From positions 18,241 through 82,240 of the forward strand of contig JBGSMV010000043.1 in assembly GCA_041739995.1 (NCBI GenBank): a stretch of DNA of 64,000 nt, in the 5' to 3' direction. Shown in pieces: positions 7,937 to 18,424 of the stretch. Numbering within the stretch: position 1 is the stretch's first letter; every line of letters starts with the position of its first letter. This DNA is from Bdellovibrionota bacterium (GTDB lineage Bacteria > Bdellovibrionota_C > UBA2361 > JBGSMV01). Position numbers and translations under genes: made by a program. The notes beneath the pieces are model-generated. The model saw only the letters and a list, made by a program, of their open reading frames with translations, searched no databases and was not told the origin of the DNA.

Positions 7937-9901
7937 TTACGTCTCAGTTGTTGCTTGGAACTGCAGCGCATGTAATTTGGAGAACTCCCCTCCAAGCTTC
8001 AACAATTCGTCATGCGAGCCACGCTCTACAATACGTCCCTGTTGCATCACCAGAACCAAATCGGCTGCTCGGATCGTAGACAAGCGATGGGCAATGACGA
8101 TTGAAGTTCGCCCGCGCGAGAGGGCATCAAGAGCGAGTTGAACCTCGCGCTCTGCCTGGTTATCCAGTGAGGCCGTCGCTTCATCCAGAATTAAAATGGG
8201 CGCGTCCTTAAGAATCGCTCTTGCAATGGCAATGCGCTGTCGCTCACCACCAGAGAGTGACAATCCGCTCTCTCCGATCACGCTGTCAAAGCCCTGCGGC
8301 AAGCTCATAATGAAATCATACGCATACGCAGCTTTCGCTGCCTGCTCAATCTGCTCACGAGAAGCGTCCTGGCGACCATAGGCAATGTTCTGCGCAATCG
8401 TATCGTGGAAAAGGAATGTGTGCTGATTCACCATCGCAATCTGTCCGCGCAGATCATTTAAAGAAATCCGCGAAACATCAATGCCACCGAGTCGCACTAC
8501 CCCTTGTTGGGGGTCAATCAAGCGCGAGATCAGGTCCACCAGAGTGCTCTTGCCGGCTCCGGAAAAACCTACAACCGCCACTTTTTGCCCTTCCTCAATG
8601 CGAAGCGAAATATCACTGAGCACTCGCTCGCCATTCTGCTTACTTTGAAGCATCGCCTTGCTTTGGTCCATGTCAGCAGGTCGAGCGGGATAGGCAAACG
8701 AAACATGCTCAAGCTCGATTGTGTGACTACCACTGAGAGGCAAAGGCGCTAAGGGCTCAAGAATGGAGGGTGGAGTATCAAGGACGTCAAATAGCCGCTC
8801 GGCACCGGCAAGCCCCTGCTGCACCACACTGCTAATGCGCGAGAGCTTTTTGAATGGATCGTAAAGCAGAAACACCGCCAATAGGAATGCGATGAAATCA
8901 CCTTGGGTGCGTAGATTTTGAATAACCGAGTAGCCCCCGTAAAGAATAACTCCACCGATGACGGCAGTGGCCAACACTTCATTGACGGGACCCGTGAGCG
9001 CTTTGACCCGCTCTGCTTTGAGGAAGGTAGCGGTAAGATGGTCGTTCTCTGCTGCAAAGCGTCGATGCTCCGTCTCTTCTCCGCCGAAGATCTTTATCAC
9101 TCGGCACCCAAGAGCGGTTTCCTGCATCACCGCAGACAATCTGCCCGTCACATCCTGGCCCACTCGGCTCAGTTTTCGCATGCGCTTTCCGAAGCGATAC
9201 ACTGGATAAATTCCTATGGGGAACACCACTGCAGCGATGAGCGCCAGAGTCGGATCAAGGGCGATTGCGGCAACAAGCAACGCGACGATTCTGATTGAGT
9301 CCCGCACAATGGCAGCCGCCGCATCGGTCAGGAGCGTTCGAACAAGCAGCACGTCACTAGTCACACGCGCCACGAGATCGGCAGACGAACGACGCACATA
9401 AAAGTCAGCGGAAAGTTTTAGGAGATGTCGGTGCATCTCATTTCTGATGTCACGAACGATCGAGAGTCCGATTTTCGACATCAAATATGACTGAGTAAAG
9501 TCCGCGACACCTCGCACGATAGCGAACAAAAAAAGCACCACAGGCAAAATCCATAACAGAGTGGTGTTCTGTTCGGTAAAGACTCCATCGAGCATGTACT
9601 TCACCAAGAACGGCACCGCGCCGTCCGTGGCGCCAAACAACACCATGCACAAAGCTGCCCCGAAAAAAATTGCTCTATAGGGTTTAAGATAAACAAGGAG
9701 TCGACGGTAAATGCCGGGTGTATTTTCGGAGCTGGTCTCAGACCCCCTCTTTGACGCAGCAGTAATCTGAGGCCTGGCGGTCTCAGCATGCACTGGAGGT
9801 TGACCCGTCGACGTGGCTATCGAACCGCCGTCTAAGACGGCGCTCTCGGCAACGCGAGCACCAAGGTCCTGACTATCTCTCTCAGCGCTGGCGTTCGGCA
9901 T
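7937..9901 (-). CDS. msbA: Lipid A export ABC transporter (permease/ATPase fusion)
   Basis: 654 aa. A six-TM exporter domain is followed by Walker A GFSGAGKSTL, signature LSGGERQRIAIARA and Walker B ILILDEATASLD. It is the first gene of the lipid A operon. Confidence 0.85.
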   Translation of the reverse strand: MPNASAERDSQDLGARVAESAVLDGGSIATSTGQPPVHAETARPQITAASKRGSETSSENTPGIYRRLLVYLKPYRAIFFGAALCMVLFGATDGAVPFLVKYMLDGVFTEQNTTLLWILPVVLFLFAIVRGVADFTQSYLMSKIGLSIVRDIRNEMHRHLLKLSADFYVRRSSADLVARVTSDVLLVRTLLTDAAAAIVRDSIRIVALLVAAIALDPTLALIAAVVFPIGIYPVYRFGKRMRKLSRVGQDVTGRLSAVMQETALGCRVIKIFGGEETEHRRFAAENDHLTATFLKAERVKALTGPVNEVLATAVIGGVILYGGYSVIQNLRTQGDFIAFLLAVFLLYDPFKKLSRISSVVQQGLAGAERLFDVLDTPPSILEPLAPLPLSGSHTIELEHVSFAYPARPADMDQSKAMLQSKQNGERVLSDISLRIEEGQKVAVVGFSGAGKSTLVDLISRLIDPQQGVVRLGGIDVSRISLNDLRGQIAMVNQHTFLFHDTIAQNIAYGRQDASREQIEQAAKAAYAYDFIMSLPQGFDSVIGESGLSLSGGERQRIAIARAILKDAPILILDEATASLDNQAEREVQLALDALSRGRTSIVIAHRLSTIRAADLVLVMQQGRIVERGSHDELLKLGGEFSKLHALQFQATTET

Positions 9902-10058
9902 TTTTATCCTTTATGGTTCTCGCAACCATACGATATGAAACTAGATTTTTCAAAGGAGCCGCTCTTACCATAGTGGCTTGTACTCTGGGCGAATGACCCT
10001 CAAGAGCATCGCCTACTTAGCGCTTTTTGCGCGTGAGCCGGCAAGGAGAAAGGGAGAT

Positions 10059-11990
10059 ATGAAGAAGGCCATATTGATTATTCTAAGCGCGATAGTCCTC
10101 CTATTGGTGGGGGTGTTTGTCCTGGCAATGGTAACCGCCAATTCGCTAGTGGCCTCCTTCAAGCCAGAAATCGAGCGCATCGCGGGCGAGGCTCTGGGGG
10201 TAAAAGCTCAGATATCAGAGATTGATGTGTCCGTAGTGCCAAGCACTTATTTCATGCTGAGAGGCCTTACCCTTTCGGATAATGAACACAGCGATGAGAC
10301 TTTCTCCCTAAAGGAAGTCAGACTCGACGTTCGGCTCTGGGATCTGCTGAGCAAGAAACTGAGCATCTCCTCCCTCTCGGTTATCTCCCCCGATATTCTT
10401 GCGATTAAGGGACCTGAGGGAATCCGTATCGCTGGTCTCCCGAGCGGCTCCGCTTCTAAGGGAAAGAAGGCCGCGCGCGAAAGAAAGCAAAAGGAAGAAC
10501 CGTCTGCGCAAACTTCTCCTAGCGAATCTCCGATATCTGTTGCTCTAGAGGAGATTCGAATTGAAAACGCAACGCTGCGTCTAAATGACACCGTAGCTAA
10601 AAATGAAAAGAAGTTCGATCGCGTTAATCTACGTGCCGCAGTATCCCTCTCGGGGAAAGAAATTGTTATTCCTAACTTCGACCTATCCTTACGCGCGCTG
10701 GAGAGCGTTGAATTTTCTGCGACTGGCCAGGACATTACGATGAAAGGTGATGTGCTTGACGCAAAAGCCATCGACATTTCACTTCTCGGAAATCGCTTCG
10801 CGCTTTCAGGTCGATTCAACCTAGCAGATAAATCTGGGGAAGCACGCGTCGACACCACTGGCGTAAAGATAGAGTCACTCCTTCCCTTAGCCGCTTTCGG
10901 CCCCCCTGATGCAAAGAAGACCGTCGACAATTTCCGTCCTGCTGGATCCTTTGGGCTACGTGCTCAAGGAAATTTTGGTCCCGGAACCTACGAGTCCGAT
11001 GGGACTTTGGCGCTTTCTGACATCAGTGCTCACGTAGGCACAATGGTGGTGAGCGCTCTTTCTGGGGATCTTGCTTCAAATGCCACTCACGAGAAGGCGG
11101 AGGTTTCAACCACAAATCTTACCCTCAAACTGAATGACCAGCCGATAGCGGTGCAACTTAAGGGAACCTTCAAAGCCCCGGTTGCTTCGATCGAGTCCCT
11201 TAAACTGAATCTATTTTCTGGCACCGCCGACATCAGCGGAGACTTGCGTCTCGAGGATAAACAGCCTTTACGCGCGACGTTTGGACTTAAGGGTATCAAC
11301 GTAAGTCAGGCGCTGCTGGCTATCGGGCAACGCCCGGATCAACAAGCTTTTTCGGCTCTCGTAGATGAAGTCGATGGCATGGCTAGCTTTCCACTAAAAG
11401 GAGTACTTCCGCAGGATGCGACCGCCAACGCCAAGGTGTCTCTATCGAAGGCTGAGCTCAAGGGCTTCAATCTTGCGGGTGCGGTGTTGCGCGCGGTTAA
11501 GGGTCTTCCTTTCCTTAGTGGAGACCTTTACGAGTCTGTTCCGCCAGAACAACGTGGGGACGTCGATGGCCCGAACACAGCCATATCTAAACTGACCGCT
11601 TCAATCACAGTCTCTGGTGGAAAGATTAAAACTCCAGACCTCCGCGCACAAAGCGCACTGTTTAACCTAGAGGCTGACGGCACGATCGGTTTTGATTCAA
11701 GCATGGATCTCAATGCCACGCTGTTGTTCAATCCAAAGTTTTCCGAAAGCTTGGTGAAACGCTCGAAGGGGCTCAAAGGACTGCTCGACAGCGAGGGACG
11801 GCTTGTTGTCCCGCTTGCGATTAAAGGCACTGCTCCAAAACTTATTGTGCTTCCGAATATCGAGCGCCTACTTAAGACAGGTGCCGGTAAGGCTCTCGAG
11901 GAAAAAGCTTCTGAGTTTCTTGGGAAGGCACTCGGCGCAGGAAATAAGGAAGGCGGTAAAAAGGGGCTCGGCGGGATGTTTGGGTTCTGA
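10059..11990 (+). CDS. AsmA family outer-membrane biogenesis protein
   Basis: ORF 9978..11990. The likely start is ATG 10059 after GGGAG. It has a single N-terminal TM (AILIILSAIVLLLVGVFVLAMV), a long beta-rich body and a C-terminal VVPLAIKGTAPKLIVLP segment typical of AsmA-like proteins. It is divergent from msbA. Confidence 0.6.
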   Translation: MKKAILIILSAIVLLLVGVFVLAMVTANSLVASFKPEIERIAGEALGVKAQISEIDVSVVPSTYFMLRGLTLSDNEHSDETFSLKEVRLDVRLWDLLSKKLSISSLSVISPDILAIKGPEGIRIAGLPSGSASKGKKAARERKQKEEPSAQTSPSESPISVALEEIRIENATLRLNDTVAKNEKKFDRVNLRAAVSLSGKEIVIPNFDLSLRALESVEFSATGQDITMKGDVLDAKAIDISLLGNRFALSGRFNLADKSGEARVDTTGVKIESLLPLAAFGPPDAKKTVDNFRPAGSFGLRAQGNFGPGTYESDGTLALSDISAHVGTMVVSALSGDLASNATHEKAEVSTTNLTLKLNDQPIAVQLKGTFKAPVASIESLKLNLFSGTADISGDLRLEDKQPLRATFGLKGINVSQALLAIGQRPDQQAFSALVDEVDGMASFPLKGVLPQDATANAKVSLSKAELKGFNLAGAVLRAVKGLPFLSGDLYESVPPEQRGDVDGPNTAISKLTASITVSGGKIKTPDLRAQSALFNLEADGTIGFDSSMDLNATLLFNPKFSESLVKRSKGLKGLLDSEGRLVVPLAIKGTAPKLIVLPNIERLLKTGAGKALEEKASEFLGKALGAGNKEGGKKGLGGMFGF

Positions 11991-12297
11991 GCAGTGACTA
12001 GATGGCAAGAAGATTATTGTCGAAATCTCGGCTAATCTTCGCCGTTATAGTCTGTGGGGAGCTGAAGTAGCCGGCAAGGCTTTGTTCTGAATTAGATTCG
12101 AACGACCAATGTCCCCGCCCACAATTTCAGAAGTCTTCACGGCGCACTAGCTGCCAAGACTTAAATCACAATATGGAAATATTAAGCTGAATCGGCCCAT
12201 TTTCCGAAAAACTGCCCCCTCTGCTACGATGGAAAAGTCACACACTTAGCGTTTTGCTTCATACTAGATCAAAGGAAAAGGAAGTCCGGAGTAGAAT

Positions 12298-13224
12298 ATG
12301 GAACCAAGTCGAGACTCAGGGAAGGGCCCGAGGAACGCCTCTCACCTACTCAACCCATCCGAAACGCTAAGAAGTCAGCTTCACCTTAAAAGGATTGAAG
12401 ACGGGATCCCCGCGGCCATTTCAGAGCCACTATCCCAACTGATAAACGCGAGAGGATTCGACGCCGCCAGGCGGATTCCTGGTGCGCAGTGCCTGCCTTT
12501 CTACGAGGAGAGTTATGCGGGCACCTTCAACGCAAGCGCTTCTAAGGCCTTACCGGACATGATTCCAGGCTTTAGGCCACCCACGGACGAACAAATCGCA
12601 AAAATTGAACAGTGGAAAAAGGCCGAGCCCTCAAGAGCAGATCTTGCTTACGGCACTATGAACTCCAAAGAATCAGCGCTGGTGCAATGCGTTATTAGAG
12701 CCCTAAATCCACGCACCATGTTTGAATTTGGAACCCATCAAGGAATCCTTACAAACAGGATGATTTCTGCTGCTCCAGAAGATTGCGTGATGCTTACTCT
12801 AGACATTCCTCCGAGCGAGCTTTCGAGCGGACGCGGAATTATCGCTTCGGATCGAACCAACCTGGACTACGTGCGGCATTCTGACGATGCCATGGGAATT
12901 CATATTGAAGATAAGTACCAGAATAGAGTTATCCGTATGATCGGCGATTCTATGCGGCTAGACGTAACTCACCTGCGTGAAAAAATTGATTTAGTGGTTG
13001 TTGATGGCGGCCATCAGTACCCCGTAGCAGCTCGAGATATCAAAAACGCTTGGGAAATGCTGTCACCCGGTGGCGTCTTGCTCATTGATGACTATAAGAC
13101 TCTGCGAACCGAAGGAGTGATGCTCGCAGTTATGGAGCATCGACGGAATACCGGTGCACCTGCGTATCTAATCAATTTCTTCAAGGATCTCGAGACGGAC
13201 ATGGTTATGTTCATAAAAGAGTGA
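12298..13224 (+). CDS. Class I SAM-dependent methyltransferase (O-methyltransferase-like)
   Basis: 308 aa. It has the motif I-like MFEFGTHQG and the downstream VVVDGGHQYPVAARDI...GGVLLIDDY pattern. The start codon is uncertain because the first ~100 aa have no recognizable motif. Confidence 0.55.
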   Translation: MEPSRDSGKGPRNASHLLNPSETLRSQLHLKRIEDGIPAAISEPLSQLINARGFDAARRIPGAQCLPFYEESYAGTFNASASKALPDMIPGFRPPTDEQIAKIEQWKKAEPSRADLAYGTMNSKESALVQCVIRALNPRTMFEFGTHQGILTNRMISAAPEDCVMLTLDIPPSELSSGRGIIASDRTNLDYVRHSDDAMGIHIEDKYQNRVIRMIGDSMRLDVTHLREKIDLVVVDGGHQYPVAARDIKNAWEMLSPGGVLLIDDYKTLRTEGVMLAVMEHRRNTGAPAYLINFFKDLETDMVMFIKE

Positions 13225-13231
13225 GTCGCCT

Positions 13232-13834
13232 ATGCCAACTCAATCTCCATCGACACAACAGCTCGTAACCGACATCAAAGAACTGATTAAGCCTTTCCTG
13301 AATGCGCAAGATAGTTGGCATGGATTCCAACATGTCAGTCGTGTAGTTGCGTTCGCTAAACAAGTTAATCAGGCTGAGAAGGCGGATCCTTTCCTAGTCG
13401 AGGTTGGAGCTTGGCTTCACCAGTTGCATGATCCTAACCTCGACAAATTGAAACAAATTCTCGGTGCACTTCGCATCTCTCCTGTCCAAAGGCACAAATT
13501 ATTCGAGATAGTAGAGCAGTGCCGTCCTAATAAAATTTCGCCTCAATCCAGCCATGAAGCGCGTGTGGTGTTTGATGCTGATGCCGGTGATTTGATGGGA
13601 CCGGCTGGAATTTTGCGCGAAGTACTTTGCAACTACGGAGATAGAAAGCTGTCCCCAATCGACGCGATTACTGGAGCTCGATCAGTACAGCTTCTCTTTG
13701 TAGAAAAGCTTCAAACAGTTGGGGGACGAGAGCTCTTTCGACCTCGAATTGAAGCTGCGAGTCACTTCTGGGATTCTCTCAGCAGGGATGAAGGAGCTCT
13801 AGAAGAGATTCTTCGGATTGCTCCTAAGCCCTAA
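13232..13834 (+). CDS. HD-domain metal-dependent phosphohydrolase
   Basis: 200 aa. It shows the H...HD...D pattern: HGFQHVSRV, AWLHQLHDPN and VVFDADAGDLMGPAGI. It lies 8 nt after the preceding methyltransferase. Confidence 0.55.
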   Translation: MPTQSPSTQQLVTDIKELIKPFLNAQDSWHGFQHVSRVVAFAKQVNQAEKADPFLVEVGAWLHQLHDPNLDKLKQILGALRISPVQRHKLFEIVEQCRPNKISPQSSHEARVVFDADAGDLMGPAGILREVLCNYGDRKLSPIDAITGARSVQLLFVEKLQTVGGRELFRPRIEAASHFWDSLSRDEGALEEILRIAPKP

Positions 13835-13869
13835 ACACCAAAGGTTCACTTACCCCGTTAGTGACCGCA

Positions 13870-16083
13870 TCAGTGCCGAAGAGCGCGCAAACGCTCAATT
13901 GATTGTGTAGGAAGCACCGTGCGCGCAAGGCGCTCAACCCCCGCACGAACGCCACAGCGATCGAGCACTTGAATACCCTGATTAACCAGATGCGAGACCG
14001 CACGGCGCAAGATTCGCTTGGGCCCGTCGCGCGCTAAGAGGCCGCGATCTGAAACGAGTTGCCAAAGCACTGCGCTGTCCGTTGCATGCCTAGCCCCTAC
14101 TTCTTTGTAAATCTGCTCGTAACTTTCCGCCCACGTGGAACGACTATCTTGAACAATGCGGGCTGCCTGGTCACGGCAAGCACTCCACTTTTCAGAAGAC
14201 CCTGCAATCTCATTAAGCAAAGCCAAGCACGGCTCTAATTTCATTTCGTTCAGCACCCACCCGCATTGGCGTTCTTGTACTCGCTCAGCGGGACCGCCCT
14301 CAGGGCCAACTATGACCGGAACCCCAAAAGACAAGGTTTCTTCAACCGCAAGTCCAAAAGTCTCAGGACACAGCGACGGGAAGAGTGCCACATGCGGCGA
14401 AAAGCTCTTTAGCTGTTCTCGTAGCTCTGCACTCGAGTGGTAGGCCCCATTGGAACTGAGCTGCAACGAGCCATCTAATGGAGTTCCATGAATGCCTCCA
14501 AAGACCCTCAGCTCTAGCGGCTTTCCACACGAAAGCTGGCGCACAGCCGCTAGTTGATTCGCAAGGTCTAGCCCCTTATGCGGTGCGAGTGTTCCAACCA
14601 GAGCTACTCTAAAAACATCCTCATTTTCCGGGGGAACAAGCTCAATCTGCTCTCCTCGATCCACCACGTGATGAAGCAACTTCAATCGCGGAAGTGCGCC
14701 ATACGTAATTTCAAAGACATCTTTCGAGAAGCTAGAAAAATGAATTGTGGCCTTCGCTGACTTAAGCAGCTCCCCATGCGCCTTTCGATACTGGTCAACA
14801 TAGCCTTGCTCAAACCCGCAAGCCTTGTGGCATTCAAAAAGTCCGCAGCGACGAAGCTCAGGTGTCAGCAGATAGAATCGCGGGCAAACCGAAGAGTGAT
14901 CATGCGCACTCACTACTACTCGTGAATGCTTTCTGAGTGCCTTGGAAAGATCCACAGCTTCGAAGCCGCGCGTATGGTGTACATGGGCAATTGAGAATAA
15001 TTCCGGTGCACAGAGCAACTGTAAAACTTCAAAAGTAGGCTTAAGACGCCAAGTTCGTTCAAAGGCTCCAATGTGGCAGGTTAAATGAAAGGCTCCATCA
15101 GCACACACCAGGGAAAAATGGGAAAATTTGCCGAGCGACTCAATCTGCTTTTGAACAACGCGCTCAGTGCCCCCGACATTATGGCGCAGTGCTTTGGTGG
15201 GGCCGTTATGCAGAATATGCAGAACAGACGAAGGTCTCACGTCAATGAGCTTTTGAATCAGTGCTTTCTCAATACGATCATGCACTGCGCGCAGAGGGTT
15301 CGTCTGTCGAAACCGCTGCACCGCTCCAAAGTAGCGCGGATAGCGCTCGGCTATGATGCGGCTATTATCAACTTGAAGTTGCTGCTTCTGTTCAGAAAAT
15401 GACTTACTGCCTTCGTGATACACAAACGTGGCGTCATCCAGGATATCCGCAAAGCCAAGCTTCTGCGCCCTTAGTGAGAAGTCGTTTTCTTCGCCGTACC
15501 CTTTGCCAAACGCCGCTTCATCAAACAATCCGACCCGCTCCAGCACCTCGCGCTTGATATACACACAGAATCCTACGCACGTCGGAAGCTTTGGGTATTC
15601 ACGGGCAGAGACGTTCTCTACTAGAACACCCATCTGGTCTACATCAAGAAAAGGTGGAATTTCGTTTTCTTCAAAAAATGACGGCACTGAACATACCGTG
15701 CCGTTGTTGGTCAATGGTGTAACGGTCCCGACTCGTGGGCGTGAGTAGGCGGCGCGGCTAAGTTTCGTAAGCCAACCCTTAGTAACAATAGTATCACTAT
15801 TTAAAAGCACTACGTCGTGCGGGGACTCCCGGCACATTCCCTCGTTGCAGCTGGCGACAAAGCCAAGATTGCGTTCGTGGCGAATCGAGGTGACATTCGA
15901 GTTTTTGGCAAGCAAGTCCGAGATACATGCGCTGAATATGCCCGCGGTACTCGCATCATCGATCACGAGTACTGCTTCATTCGAACGGTGTCGAAGCACG
16001 CTCTCAAGGCAGCGCCTCGCTTCACTAAAAGCGTTGAAGACGGGGATGATTACCGTCACTGCTGCAGAAACAGGGCTATTCAC
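13870..16083 (-). CDS. Bifunctional glycosyltransferase (N-terminal GT2, C-terminal GT1/GT4-like)
   Basis: 737 aa. The GT2 signature is VTVIIPVFNA...VLVIDDAS...LLNSDTIV. The C-terminal GT-B part has the EX7E motif ETFGLAVEE followed by GVPVIVGPEGG. Confidence 0.75.
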   Translation of the reverse strand: MNSPVSAAVTVIIPVFNAFSEARRCLESVLRHRSNEAVLVIDDASTAGIFSACISDLLAKNSNVTSIRHERNLGFVASCNEGMCRESPHDVVLLNSDTIVTKGWLTKLSRAAYSRPRVGTVTPLTNNGTVCSVPSFFEENEIPPFLDVDQMGVLVENVSAREYPKLPTCVGFCVYIKREVLERVGLFDEAAFGKGYGEENDFSLRAQKLGFADILDDATFVYHEGSKSFSEQKQQLQVDNSRIIAERYPRYFGAVQRFRQTNPLRAVHDRIEKALIQKLIDVRPSSVLHILHNGPTKALRHNVGGTERVVQKQIESLGKFSHFSLVCADGAFHLTCHIGAFERTWRLKPTFEVLQLLCAPELFSIAHVHHTRGFEAVDLSKALRKHSRVVVSAHDHSSVCPRFYLLTPELRRCGLFECHKACGFEQGYVDQYRKAHGELLKSAKATIHFSSFSKDVFEITYGALPRLKLLHHVVDRGEQIELVPPENEDVFRVALVGTLAPHKGLDLANQLAAVRQLSCGKPLELRVFGGIHGTPLDGSLQLSSNGAYHSSAELREQLKSFSPHVALFPSLCPETFGLAVEETLSFGVPVIVGPEGGPAERVQERQCGWVLNEMKLEPCLALLNEIAGSSEKWSACRDQAARIVQDSRSTWAESYEQIYKEVGARHATDSAVLWQLVSDRGLLARDGPKRILRRAVSHLVNQGIQVLDRCGVRAGVERLARTVLPTQSIERLRALRH

Positions 16084-16396
16084 TAAAGAAACGACCTCGC
16101 GATATCAGACACCAATCTCTCGCGCCTCAGACTACCAAGTTCTTAGTCCGTCAGCAGCGGCTGGCCGCCACTCACTCCAGGGCCTGCCGTAGTACACATT
16201 AGACCGCCCAGGCATGAGGGGATAGCTCCTGCGCTTCGGTAAATTCGAGCGATTACGCAAGCTCCCTGCCCACCTAAAGCGCCTTCCCATTATTTGAAAG
16301 TGGCTATAGCGGCCTCCTCGGTCGGACAAGCCTCGCAGGACCGACGTTTTACGAAAGGCACTTAAGAAGATCACCCCCAGAACCGACGACCTGTAA

Positions 16397-18175
16397 ATGA
16401 ACAACGCCAACCCAAAGATCCCCAAAGCTAAGAGTGGCCGGTTCACTTGGACGGCGTTCTTCTGCTTAACTACACTTCTGGCCACCTTTGATCCAAACTT
16501 GGCACATGCCCAATTCGTTCCGGCTGGTCCCGCGCCGCTTTCGCGCGGCGTGGCGGGCAGTGTTTCAAATGGGGCAAGTGTGCGTCCCTCCGTGGCGCCA
16601 AATGGGCAGTTTGCTGCCTTCGCCAGCTCAGCTTCCAACCTCGTTCCCATGGATACAAATGGTGTCTCTGACATATTCGTCGCCGACACCGACCAACGTA
16701 ACTTGACTCGCGTCAGCGTGAACAACCAGGGACAACAAGGCGATGCCGCATCGACTGAACCATCAATTAGTCCGATCGCGCCCGATGGATTCTACGCGGT
16801 GACTTTTGTTTCGAGCTCTACCAATTTCGGCCGGGCACCAATGCCGAACGCCCCCCAAAATATTATCTTTCGAGCACCTACGCTCAGTCTTTCAGCAATC
16901 GTTACATTTGGAACAGGCCCAACCGCCGCGAATGGAGATAGCGAAAGTCCCTCAACCACGATTATTCCAGCACCAAATCGCATTTTAGTCGCTTATGCCT
17001 CAAACGCGTCGAACCTGGTCACCAACGATGCTAACTCCTTCAAAGACGTCTTCTTTGCTTCAATCCGACGGCCTGAAAAAGCTGCAGGAGAGGAATTCCC
17101 GGACCTGGTAAGCACAACCTTGGTAAGTATCAACTCGCTTGGTGAGGCGGCAGACGGCGAGAGCAGCACTCCTAAAATTAGCGGCGACGGAAAGATGATC
17201 GTTTTTTCCTCGGTCGCGTCAAACCTTCTTGCAGGACGAGAAATCTCGGGAACCCAGATTTATCTGTATAATATTCAAAAACGGAGCCTCAGCATCGTAA
17301 GCCAAGATTCCGGGGGAAATGAGGCGAACGGCACCTGCACCTCACCGTCCATCAGCTTCAATGGCAGATATGTTTTGTATAATACCACCGCCACCAATAT
17401 CGTCTCCAATCCAGAAATGGACGGGGTAGCTTTAGTGCTCTACGACACGTTTACGGGAGTGAGCCAGCGTGTGAATAGCGCCGTGGGCGGGGAGCCGGGA
17501 GACGGGGTTCCCGATGGAGCCAGCGTCTCTCCCGATGGCCGCTTTGTAGGATTTTCAGACACCTCCACCAATCTGATACCGAATGACACGAATGCAGTGG
17601 AAGATATTTTCATTAAAGATCTTGAAAGCGGTGCAGTAGAGCGCATTAGCGTCGGGCCTAACGGACAAGGAAATGCAACGAGTGACAGCCCAAGTTTCGG
17701 TGGAGCCTCGTTTAATAGCAGCACCGGCCTCTTTACGTTCCGCTCGTTCAGTACGAACCTTGGAGATCCAAACCTGCCTCCACCGTCTGGACTCGGGGAC
17801 ATCTTCCTTGTTCGTATTGGCCTCCCTAAGCCACCGCTTACCAGAGATACCCGCCTCGAAGTTCCGGCTGACGTGTCTGTCTCCAAACGTAAAGCCATCG
17901 TCTCCACTCTAGAATTCGGAGAGGTCGATCTTTCCGCCGAGGGCAGCCAGGTCGAAACCAGTGCTACCACGGTGAAGTACGATGTGAGGGTGAACGGCAC
18001 GGGAAGCATCAAAAACGAACGCTACCGAAAGGTCTCCAAGCGAAATACCACGACCTTTCGGAATTTGCCTTCCGGAACTTATAAATCTCGCTATCGCGTC
18101 GTTTCTTCAACTGGAGGTGGTACGACTTCGCGCTCCAGCTATAGCCCTATTCAGCGGTTTAAGATCAGTCGGTAG
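16397..18175 (+). CDS. Secreted PD40/TolB-like beta-propeller repeat protein
   Basis: 592 aa with a signal-like N-terminus (FFCLTTLLATFDPNLAHAQF). About seven repeats follow the pattern PS(I/V)SxDGrfvaFxSxAsNLvxxDtNxxxDiFv. The tail is a ~110-aa basic beta-rich segment. Confidence 0.65.
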   Translation: MNNANPKIPKAKSGRFTWTAFFCLTTLLATFDPNLAHAQFVPAGPAPLSRGVAGSVSNGASVRPSVAPNGQFAAFASSASNLVPMDTNGVSDIFVADTDQRNLTRVSVNNQGQQGDAASTEPSISPIAPDGFYAVTFVSSSTNFGRAPMPNAPQNIIFRAPTLSLSAIVTFGTGPTAANGDSESPSTTIIPAPNRILVAYASNASNLVTNDANSFKDVFFASIRRPEKAAGEEFPDLVSTTLVSINSLGEAADGESSTPKISGDGKMIVFSSVASNLLAGREISGTQIYLYNIQKRSLSIVSQDSGGNEANGTCTSPSISFNGRYVLYNTTATNIVSNPEMDGVALVLYDTFTGVSQRVNSAVGGEPGDGVPDGASVSPDGRFVGFSDTSTNLIPNDTNAVEDIFIKDLESGAVERISVGPNGQGNATSDSPSFGGASFNSSTGLFTFRSFSTNLGDPNLPPPSGLGDIFLVRIGLPKPPLTRDTRLEVPADVSVSKRKAIVSTLEFGEVDLSAEGSQVETSATTVKYDVRVNGTGSIKNERYRKVSKRNTTTFRNLPSGTYKSRYRVVSSTGGGTTSRSSYSPIQRFKISR

Positions 18176-18424
18176 CGCGACCGACTCATTTGGTGACCTT
18201 TTGAAACCTGGTGTGGGACTACTTTACTGCTGGGTTGTTTTACTCACCGGCGCTTGCTCCCTGGTAGGTAACCCATTGGAGTTATTAGCTAATATTTCAG
18301 ATACACAGTAAAAAGTAGCCCCGCACCAGTAGACGGGAACAAATTCTAACGCCTGACGCGAAGCGCCGAGCGACGCAACGAGGAACTCCCTCTAGCGAGA
18401 AATGGCTGCGCACCAGCAGAGAAA

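Noticed and set aside
10247-10930. Long antisense or alternate-frame ORFs inside confident genes. Examples are 10247..10930, 17440..18012, 19665..20264, 16132..16725, 36138..36665, 41297..41701 and 61942..62361.
   Set aside because: They overlap strongly supported CDSs and have Arg/Ser/Pro-rich, low-information translations with no motifs. They are typical shadow ORFs of moderately GC-rich coding sequence.
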